From Acaryochloris marina S15 (GTDB lineage: Bacteria > Cyanobacteriota > Cyanobacteriia > Thermosynechococcales > Thermosynechococcaceae): DNA of 32,000 nucleotides. Position 1 is the first letter of the stretch, and the number at the start of each line of letters is the position of its first letter. Below, one piece after another: positions 19,844-26,336 of this stretch. The stretch is from positions 4,890,001 to 4,922,000 of the forward strand of contig NZ_CP064923.1 of NCBI RefSeq assembly GCF_018336915.1, given 5' to 3'. The notes below the pieces were generated by a model. That model ran no database searches and was not told the origin of the DNA. It saw nothing but the letters and a program-made list of their open reading frames with translations. Both the position numbers and the translations under genes were made by a program.

Positions 19844-22663
19844 TTATGGGTAGGGGCTAGTCTCAGCAGATGAGTTGGCCTGCCAGAGCACACGAAATTG
19901 CTCAAAGGACACCGCCTTCGACCAGTGCCATAGCAACCTGTAGGTCGCTTGAACCTGAGAGAGGTGAGGGGACTGGGTATAGACCCATTGGACAACGGAT
20001 ATTGCTTTCACCAGGGTTGGGGGGATACTGTCCTCTTCAGAGGTGATCACCTGTTGGAGATGCAGACCCATCTGTTTGAGATGGGTTTTGCGATGGGTCG
20101 TGGGGAGCAGTTCCAACAATATATCGATGGCTCCCTTGTGGTTGGGTTGCAGGCGTCCCAAACGGCCTGCATAGCGAATGCGAGTCTCAATATCTCGGCT
20201 GTTTTGGAGTTTTTGCTCCAAAACAGGAATAAGCTGCTCCGGGTTCAGGGGGGTTTTGCGAGACCGACGCCGAGAGGACTCTACCGGCAATGCAGAATGC
20301 TGGGGAGCCAATTGTTGCAAAGATTGCAGCGTTTGACGACGGAGACAGGGATCATCCGTTGTTTGCAGGATATGTTCTAGGATTTGGAGCACCATCGGTT
20401 GATCCGGCGCAATAGTGCCGAGCCGATGGGCAGCCTTGCGACGAAGCGTCAGAGAATCATGAGACTGAATAATATCTTGTAAGGTTTGGATGGCTTGGGG
20501 ATGACCTGGCTGAATATCCCCTAGGCTTTTGGCCATCTCAATACGCAGATCCTCATTGGGCGCTTGGGAGAGGAGTTGTTCTAGGGTTGCGATCGCAACT
20601 CCATTCCCCGGATCGTAACTCTTACCCAAACTATGGGCCGCTAACCACTGTTCAAAAGGGTTGGAGGCCTGGGCCACAAACTGTTCAATCGCTGTGGTTA
20701 CGAGGGTGCGATCGCAGTGGGACAACGCTTCCGCTGCAGGTTCGATCCAAACAGTGGGTTTACCTGTCTGCTGCTGAAATCGCCAATGGACCACCTCAGT
20801 CACTAACGCTTCTGCCCCAGCAAATTGGGGATATTCCGCTAAGCCTTTGGTCGCGAGTAACTTCGCTTGAGTGTCATAAAACCCACCACAGCCATCGGCA
20901 AAGTTCACCAAGGCTTGCAGAAAATCTGCCTTATCCACATCAGCAATGTCACTTCGCCCGAGCCATAGCAAAATCACTTCCTGCCATTGCGACCTAAAGA
21001 TGGGATGGAAGGTGGTTTTCGCATTCTGATATTCGATCAACTGATGCCAATCTGCAATCCCTTGGGCCGCAAAATATTCCTGGAACGTAGCGTGATAGAA
21101 GGCATAGACTTTGCCCCCGGTCGTAGGAGACCAACCTGCGGGCTGTAGCCACCCTAATTGCAAGGCGAGCGTGAGTTGGTCTGGGTCTAACTGCTGACTG
21201 ACAAAGATCTCAGGCAAGCGAAACAGCGGCGACGGTTGCGCCATGGCCTGCAAAGCCAGGTGAGCTAAGGCTTGGTTAAGCTGCTGCCGTTGACCCAAGC
21301 TGGTAGGGTGATGATCCTGCTTCCAGTCGTAGAGGGCCTCAACAAACTGCCGATAGAGCATGGCCTTGGTTTCTGGCAGTTGTCCTTGAGTAAGCTGCCA
21401 GGTTCGACAGAGTAGGGCTAAGTGTAAAGGATTCTGGATCAGGGCTTTGAGCCGCCGCATCTCCGGGCGATTAATTTGGTGATACAGCGTATCGCCTTGC
21501 TGGTTATGGAACCAGTTTTGGATCACTGTCTGGACTTGATTACCGCCGTGGCGATAGCTGAAGCTGAGGCTGCGATAGGGGGTGAAGGCTTCCAGAGCAT
21601 TGTGGCCTGTGTCCCAGAGTTGCGATCGCGAAGTCAGTATCACATGGGCTGCTCCCAGCCAGCCCTTCAGCTGCTTAGCCACAAAAGCCAACGCTTGGCT
21701 AGGCACCATCCCCATTTCATCCACCGCATCCAGCAAAAGCCAAACCTTACCTGTGGCAAACTGCTGGGCAAAGGCTTGCTGCTGACTCAACGGAACGGTA
21801 AATACCTTCAGGGTTTGTTTTAGCCAAGTTTCTAGCAGATACGTCTCTAGGGATTGTCCCTCTAGATCGGCTAGGGAGATCCAAATAGGCAGAACCTGTT
21901 CTTGGGCCAACAATTTGAGGGCTAAGGTTTGCAGCAGCGTCGTTTTGCCTGCTCCTGGTGGACCGACAATGGCAACCCGCTGGATCTCTGGTTGAGCCAG
22001 TAAAACGTCTAAAAACTGATCCGGTTGATAAACGATTGATTCTAGGTCAGATTCGGCTGCTGAATCCCCCGTTTGTTTAGCAGCATCGGTCTGGTAAGCC
22101 ACCAACCCCACTGGACAGTAGACATCCTTAAGGTCAAAGGCCAAGCCCGTATGGGCCGTCAGGGGATTAGACGTTAACCGAGTATCCAAAGCTGCCTGAC
22201 AACAGGCTCGCCAAGGGCTGGTAGTCTCTGTTGTTGATAGCTGAGACACCCCTCGATCTGGGCGATGCTGATTCCAAACTTGGTCAAAGGTCTGCTGATT
22301 GGTTTCCTCTTCCCAGCGGTTCTGCCACAAAGTCAGGGTGAAATGCCACTGATCCGACCCTCGCTGACTTGTGCGGTGATCCTCCAGAATGCCCATAAAG
22401 GTTTGGAGATGCTTTAGCCCTGCTTTCACCTGAGCCAGGGTGAGGGGTGTTTCTAAATATTGGGTCAGGGCCACCAAATGCCGAGCCGTGGTCTGTACCA
22501 CCAACCGCTGGTCCGTTTGCCAATGGGTTTTGATATTGCTCCGTAGTCCTGCCAGGATTTTCTCGTCTTCTAGGGCTAAGGAATCATTGGCGAACTGTAC
22601 CAGGCCCATCAGGAGGGTTTGGGTTCTGTGTTGGGTAATGGGACCAAAACTTTGCTTGGGCAT
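19844..22663 (-). CDS. NACHT-domain STAND NTPase with C-terminal PBS-lyase/HEAT-like repeats and an uncharacterised ~215-aa N-terminal region
   Basis: Walker A is VAIVGPPGAGKTTLLQTL and Walker B is VWLLLDAVDEMG. The pre-NACHT segment NPLTAHTGLAFDLKDVYCPVGLV is typical of cyanobacterial NACHT proteins. C-terminal repeats of the type LRIEMAKSLGDIQPGHPQAIQTL / LRRKAAHRLGTIAPDQPMVLQIL are HEAT-like. Confidence 0.85.
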   Translation of the reverse strand: MPKQSFGPITQHRTQTLLMGLVQFANDSLALEDEKILAGLRSNIKTHWQTDQRLVVQTTARHLVALTQYLETPLTLAQVKAGLKHLQTFMGILEDHRTSQRGSDQWHFTLTLWQNRWEEETNQQTFDQVWNQHRPDRGVSQLSTTETTSPWRACCQAALDTRLTSNPLTAHTGLAFDLKDVYCPVGLVAYQTDAAKQTGDSAAESDLESIVYQPDQFLDVLLAQPEIQRVAIVGPPGAGKTTLLQTLALKLLAQEQVLPIWISLADLEGQSLETYLLETWLKQTLKVFTVPLSQQQAFAQQFATGKVWLLLDAVDEMGMVPSQALAFVAKQLKGWLGAAHVILTSRSQLWDTGHNALEAFTPYRSLSFSYRHGGNQVQTVIQNWFHNQQGDTLYHQINRPEMRRLKALIQNPLHLALLCRTWQLTQGQLPETKAMLYRQFVEALYDWKQDHHPTSLGQRQQLNQALAHLALQAMAQPSPLFRLPEIFVSQQLDPDQLTLALQLGWLQPAGWSPTTGGKVYAFYHATFQEYFAAQGIADWHQLIEYQNAKTTFHPIFRSQWQEVILLWLGRSDIADVDKADFLQALVNFADGCGGFYDTQAKLLATKGLAEYPQFAGAEALVTEVVHWRFQQQTGKPTVWIEPAAEALSHCDRTLVTTAIEQFVAQASNPFEQWLAAHSLGKSYDPGNGVAIATLEQLLSQAPNEDLRIEMAKSLGDIQPGHPQAIQTLQDIIQSHDSLTLRRKAAHRLGTIAPDQPMVLQILEHILQTTDDPCLRRQTLQSLQQLAPQHSALPVESSRRRSRKTPLNPEQLIPVLEQKLQNSRDIETRIRYAGRLGRLQPNHKGAIDILLELLPTTHRKTHLKQMGLHLQQVITSEEDSIPPTLVKAISVVQWVYTQSPHLSQVQATYRLLWHWSKAVSFEQFRVLWQANSSAETSPYP

Positions 22664-22682
22664 AGAGAAATTTCACGACAAA

Positions 22683-22702
22683 GTTAGGGGATTCCCCTTA
22701 AC
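22683..22702. promoter_or_regulatory. Imperfect palindrome GTTAGGGGATTCCCCTTAAC in the leader/promoter region of the NACHT gene
   Basis: Seen directly, 20-40 nt upstream of the NACHT ATG (22663). It forms GTTA-GGGG/CCCC-TAAC arms with one extra T. Its function as an operator or 5'-UTR hairpin is speculative. Confidence 0.2.
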
Positions 22703-22837
22703 TTAGATATCTCCCCTCATTCTAGAACCCTCACGCTATCGGCATTTGACTCAAAAACAACTGGAGTGGAATAGGGGGAGAGACGGCCAGTAGATTGGGT
22801 TCAACGATCAGAAACGAGGTTACTTCACTTCAAACAC

Positions 22838-22966
22838 GGACGGTTAGTTTAACGGTAGAACTCCTGTTATATGAATCTCCTTATTCACAACTTTATCCGC
22901 AAGGGTCGAAGAATTAGGGTTATCGCTAAGGAACAGGGGGTAGAGGTTCGAATCCTCTACTGTCCA
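22838..22966 (+). ncRNA. tRNA-like RNA unit 1 (candidate Y-RNA/YrlA-like partner of Rsr), 129 nt
   Basis: Acceptor GGACGGT/ACTGTCC (7 bp, one G-U), D arm GTTT-AACGGTA-GAAC, T arm AGAGG-TTCGAAT-CCTCT, discriminator A. In place of the anticodon stem-loop there is a CCTGTT/AACAGG helix closing a 63-nt extension (22869-22931). Confidence 0.7.
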
Positions 22967-22987
22967 AACCAAAACACCAATATCCAT

Positions 22988-23109
22988 GGGCGGATAGTTC
23001 AAAGGTAGAACATCTTAACCCCCTTGTTCATCACTTATCCGCAAGGGTCGAAGAATTAGGGTTATCGCCTACCACGCGGAAGATAGGGGTTCGACTCCCC
23101 TTCCGTCCA
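22988..23109 (+). ncRNA. tRNA-like RNA unit 2 (candidate Y-RNA-like), 122 nt
   Basis: Acceptor GGGCGGA/TCCGTCC, D arm GTTC-AAAGGTA-GAAC, T arm AGGGG-TTCGACT-CCCCT, discriminator A. It shares an identical 34-nt core (23035-23068) with unit 1 (22893-22926) inside its extension arm. Confidence 0.7.
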
Positions 23110-23115
23110 TCCCTG

Positions 23116-23239
23116 GAGTGGGTCGCTCAAACGGTAGAGCACCATTTTTTGCCCATTAGGGCCGCAGGAAATAAGGTTATCGCTTTTAACGACTTGTCCT
23201 TTATCCATCGGGATGCGGGTTCGACTCCCGCTCCACTCC
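23116..23239 (+). ncRNA. tRNA-like RNA unit 3 (divergent internal arm), 124 nt
   Basis: Acceptor GAGTGGG/TCCACTC (plus a possible extra G23115:C23239 pair), D arm GCTC-AAACGGTA-GAGC, T arm GCGGG-TTCGACT-CCCGC. The internal ~74 nt include the hairpin ATTTTTT-GCCC-ATTA-GGGC-(CGC)-AGGAAAT (23144-23172). Confidence 0.62.
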
Positions 23240-23294
23240 CTTTCCCCATATGGGGTTTCAAGTTTTTATTTGCCCAGTCGGGCCGGAGATGATG

Positions 23295-24893
23295 ATGACT
23301 TATAAATTTTTGACCAACACTGCCCGTACACCTCAGACCCAGCCCATTCCTGGCCGTGACGCTGAAATGGTCCAAGGTCGGTCTGGAGGCTATATGTTTG
23401 ACCTAGGCATTTGGGGTATGCTGCGCCGATGCCTACTGATCGGTACAGCCCAAAGCACCTACTATGCCGATAAGCATGAGCTAACCGATGACTTTATTCA
23501 TGTGATTCAGCAGTGTGTCCATGAGAATCCCCAGCGCACCGCTGAAGAGATCCTCTATGCCAGCGATGGCCGCTCCATCAACAACAGTGCCCCTATCTTG
23601 GCTTTAGTACTCTTATCCATGGGTGAAACCCAGACGGCCAAGCAGGCCTTTGTAGAGCTGTTCCCCCAAGTGGTACGAACCGGAAGCCATTTCTACGAGT
23701 GGTTGAACTACACCAAGTCCTTACGAGGCTTTGGTAAAATCATTCGCCAGTGCGGAACGGCATGGCTCTCTAACCCCGATGCCAAGGCCCTGGCCTATCA
23801 GTTGCTGAAGTACCAGCAGCGTCATGGCTTTACCCACCGGGATGCCTTGCGGCTGTTCCACGTCAAGCCCATCAGTGAAGACCACCAAGCCCTTTATCAC
23901 TGGGTCACCCAGGGTTGGGAGACTTTACCTGAAACTGCTCCTGACGCCTTAAGACAAATTTGGTGGTACGAGCGGGTTAAGCGTCAGCCAGAGGCTACCT
24001 ATGAGGCGATTACCCAAGGTCGCTTAACCCACGAGATGATCGCCCCCATTGGTCAGATGGATCAGCGGGCTTGGCAGCTCCTCTTAGAGGGAATGCCTAT
24101 GGGAGCCCTACTGCGAAATCTGGGGTCTTTGACGGCACTAGGGGTTCTCGCAGCTCATAAGAGCAAGAACCTGAAGCGAGTGGCTGCGATGTTAACCAAC
24201 AAGCAGCGGTTGCGTAAGGCTCGGATTCATCCAATTGATGTACTCAAAGCTTTGAAAACCTATGCATCTGGTGGTCAGGTGGGGCGGAGTCGCAAGACTT
24301 GGACCCCTATCGCCCGAGTCACCGATATGCTCGAAACGGCTCTTGAGCTGTCCTTCGAGACGGTTGCTCCGACGGGCAAAGTGTTTATGCATGCCATCGA
24401 TGTATCAGGATCGATGTCCTACTATACCGTCGGTTCGGTAGGCCTCAGCTGTTGCGAGATTGCCACGGCAATGGCCCTAGCAACGGCCAAAGCTGAGCAG
24501 AATTACGCGATTCGCGGGTTCTCAACCCAGTTCCGTGACTTGGGTATCACAGCCCGAGATAGCTTCCGCGATGCGCTCAAGAAGGCAACGGATAATAATT
24601 TCGGAGGCACTAATGCAGCGGTGGCCTACGAGTGGGCGATTCAGCATCGCTTTTATGCCGATGTCTTCTGCTTCTGGACGGATTCCGAGTCCTACGCGGG
24701 ACGACAGCATCCGAGTCAGGCTCTAGCGGAGTATCGGCGTCTGGTCAATCCAAAGGCTAAGGCAGTCTACGTGACCCTTGCGCCTTGCCAACTCTCCTTA
24801 GTAGATCCTTCGGATCTACTATCTTGGGACTTCGGTGGTTTCGACCCCGCAGCTCCACGAGCGATTCAAATGATTGCTCAAGGAGAGATCTAA
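23295..24893 (+). CDS. rsr: Ro 60-kDa autoantigen orthologue Rsr (TROVE domain + vWA domain with MIDAS motif)
   Basis: The N-terminus TPQTQPIPGRDAEMVQGRSGGYMF and RRCLLIGTAQSTYYA are Ro60/TROVE-typical. The C-terminal vWA domain has the MIDAS motif HAIDVSGSM. Three consecutive ATGs lie at 23289-23297 and GGAG at 23285-23288 favours 23295. The ORF-track start at 23250 begins only 10 nt after tRNA-like unit 3. Confidence 0.9.
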   Translation: MTYKFLTNTARTPQTQPIPGRDAEMVQGRSGGYMFDLGIWGMLRRCLLIGTAQSTYYADKHELTDDFIHVIQQCVHENPQRTAEEILYASDGRSINNSAPILALVLLSMGETQTAKQAFVELFPQVVRTGSHFYEWLNYTKSLRGFGKIIRQCGTAWLSNPDAKALAYQLLKYQQRHGFTHRDALRLFHVKPISEDHQALYHWVTQGWETLPETAPDALRQIWWYERVKRQPEATYEAITQGRLTHEMIAPIGQMDQRAWQLLLEGMPMGALLRNLGSLTALGVLAAHKSKNLKRVAAMLTNKQRLRKARIHPIDVLKALKTYASGGQVGRSRKTWTPIARVTDMLETALELSFETVAPTGKVFMHAIDVSGSMSYYTVGSVGLSCCEIATAMALATAKAEQNYAIRGFSTQFRDLGITARDSFRDALKKATDNNFGGTNAAVAYEWAIQHRFYADVFCFWTDSESYAGRQHPSQALAEYRRLVNPKAKAVYVTLAPCQLSLVDPSDLLSWDFGGFDPAAPRAIQMIAQGEI

Positions 24894-24898
24894 CAAAT

Positions 24899-24950
24899 AG
24901 AGGTTACTAATCACCTTGTTATCAAGGCTTAGTAACCTCTTTCTTTTCTT
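24899..24950 (+). terminator. Rho-independent terminator of the tRNA-like/rsr unit (possibly bidirectional)
   Basis: There is a perfect 12-bp outer stem AGAGGTTACTAA/TTAGTAACCTCT and a 5-bp inner stem CCTTG-TTAT-CAAGG, followed by TTCTTTTCTT. It begins 6 nt after the rsr stop. Confidence 0.8.
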
Positions 24951-24999
24951 AAATATTTATATTCAAATGCACCCATCAAGTGAGTAAAAAACTTAGTAT

Positions 25000-25461
25000 C
25001 TAAACAGCTTCAAATACTCGGATATCTTCAAAAATACCCTTTAGAACAGAAGTATAGTTATCTAGTGAGATGCCGAACATCAGCAGATTGAATGGCAAGA
25101 GAGAGCTTCGCGGATCAGTTTCAAAATCTCGAAATATGATATTGCGATCCCAACTTTGCACTACATTACAGCTAATACAACTGCATCCATATGTTCCGCA
25201 AGGACATACAGCAATCACGCGTTTTTCTGGGTAACCATTGTCCAGTCGAGAAAGTGGCCGCAAAGCGACGCCAGTCTTAAAAAGCCAATAGGGAACGGCT
25301 GTATCTGAAGTACCTGCTATTTCCCCAATAGTTTTTCTATCTACCATCAGTTCGAAGGAAAGACCATTACTTTCTAAACTCTGATAACTTAGAACATTCA
25401 GATCAGCAAGAGAATTATTACGAGTCATATAAGTCATGTTGCTGCTTGCTTCTAAGCACAT
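25000..25461 (-). CDS. Hypothetical protein with a Cys cluster (CPCGTYGCSCISC), no recognisable family
   Basis: It is the only long ORF in a visibly AT-rich stretch. The start is ambiguous (Met at 25461, 25437 or 25428). I recognise no motifs beyond the Cys cluster. Confidence 0.45.
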   Translation of the reverse strand: MCLEASSNMTYMTRNNSLADLNVLSYQSLESNGLSFELMVDRKTIGEIAGTSDTAVPYWLFKTGVALRPLSRLDNGYPEKRVIAVCPCGTYGCSCISCNVVQSWDRNIIFRDFETDPRSSLLPFNLLMFGISLDNYTSVLKGIFEDIRVFEAV

Positions 25462-25790
25462 GGCTACTAGATTTCATGAGAGTCGCCCATCAATACAAAT
25501 ACTGGGTTATTGAGCGATATTAATAATTTACTTTGTCTTAAAAGAGCTATGCCTATATTAAGAATACCCAGTATGGATACAGCGGTTTTCATATAGATGG
25601 GGGACAGCCACAACTCTTAAAAAGCTTGATCAGTAAATGCTCCAGGATTGAATATGTCCCCTACCAACCTACGATCCGCTGTAACCACCCAAATCACGAC
25701 AAGCGAACAACTTTACCAACACCAAGTGACTCCAAACCTCAAGGATTCATCTAATGATGAATGGTAATCATCAACAGTTGCTCCATCGGC

Positions 25791-26336
25791 TTAAGTTTTT
25801 GTCAGCAGAACCACATCGTTTCCTGAAATGGTCAGAGCTGCCTGCCAATGATGGGCCAACCATTCAAACGTCTCAATCGAAAAGAAACACACATGGGTCA
25901 GATCACGTTTGTAATGCCAGTGAGGAAAAGCCGCCTGATCAATAACTTGCTTGGTCATAATCCCCAATACACCCTTGGGCTTTAGGCAAGACCATAATCG
26001 TTCAAGCTCTCGTCGAGGATGATGGAGATGTTCAACCACCTCAGATGCAGAAATAAAATCGTACTGTCGTTGCAACACCTTAGTATCTGGGGCATAGAAC
26101 AGATCGTAGAGTGCCACAGAATGTCCAGCTTCCTCAAACATGCCCGATAGAGTCGGTCCTGGTCCCGACCCAAAATCGAGTCCACAGCTCTGGGGAAGCA
26201 AACACTGGGACAAGGGCAGAAAAAGCCGATTCAGAAAGCGACGATACCCTGCATCCTCAGCAGAATTTTCGTGAGTATCGTATCTAGACTTTTCATCTTG
26301 TGCTGACAAAAACTGATGGGGGAGCACAAAGACCAA
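25791..26336 (-). CDS. Class I SAM-dependent methyltransferase (core as given by the ORF track; an in-frame N-terminal zinc ribbon extends upstream, see findings)
   Basis: The SAM motif I is GLDFGSGPGPTL, with YDFISASEVVEHL and GVLGIMT following. The upstream in-frame sequence CPLCQSGNASLFHQDDRAYFRCSDC (26342-26416) belongs to the same protein family architecture. Confidence 0.8.
   Translation of the reverse strand: MVFVLPHQFLSAQDEKSRYDTHENSAEDAGYRRFLNRLFLPLSQCLLPQSCGLDFGSGPGPTLSGMFEEAGHSVALYDLFYAPDTKVLQRQYDFISASEVVEHLHHPRRELERLWSCLKPKGVLGIMTKQVIDQAAFPHWHYKRDLTHVCFFSIETFEWLAHHWQAALTISGNDVVLLTKT

Noticed and set aside
19949-21823. Several plus-strand ORFs of 67-143 aa inside the NACHT gene.
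   Set aside because: All are antisense to a 939-codon ORF with clear NACHT and HEAT motifs, and none has recognisable features.
22746-22774. A candidate sigma70-type promoter for the RNA array: TTGACT at 22746-22751, with GAATAG 17 nt downstream.
   Set aside because: The -35 match is good, but the -10 hexamer matches TATAAT at only two positions. It cannot be supported without transcript mapping.
22763-22832. A possible fourth, degenerate tRNA-like unit upstream of unit 1. It shares CTGGAGTGG with the 5' end of unit 3. GGAGTGG could pair with TCACTTC, and GATTG-GGTTCAA-CGATC resembles a T arm.
   Set aside because: The T-arm-like hairpin is not adjacent to the putative acceptor 3' strand, no D arm can be drawn, and the pairing needs two G-U pairs. 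It is more likely leader or promoter sequence, or a decayed remnant.
22838-23239. The three tRNA-like units might be real tRNA genes interrupted by introns, or a CRISPR-like or other repeat array.
   Set aside because: Bacterial tRNA introns are group I introns of 200 nt or more inserted in a recognisable anticodon loop. Here the inserts are 60-75 nt, no U33/anticodon context flanks them, and two inserts share an identical structured 34-nt core. The units lack the short identical-repeat and unique-spacer pattern of CRISPR.
23250-23294. The ORF-track start of rsr at 23250 (MGFQVFICPVGPEMMM...).
   Set aside because: It would begin 10 nt after the tRNA-like unit 3. The extension has no Ro60-like sequence. 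GGAG at 23285-23288 precedes the ATG triplet at 23289-23297, and Ro60-like sequence starts right after it.
23127-23375. An 82-aa minus-strand ORF overlapping tRNA-like unit 3 and the rsr start.
   Set aside because: It overlaps a structured RNA and the 5' end of a well-supported gene on the other strand, and it has no recognisable motifs. It is likely spurious.
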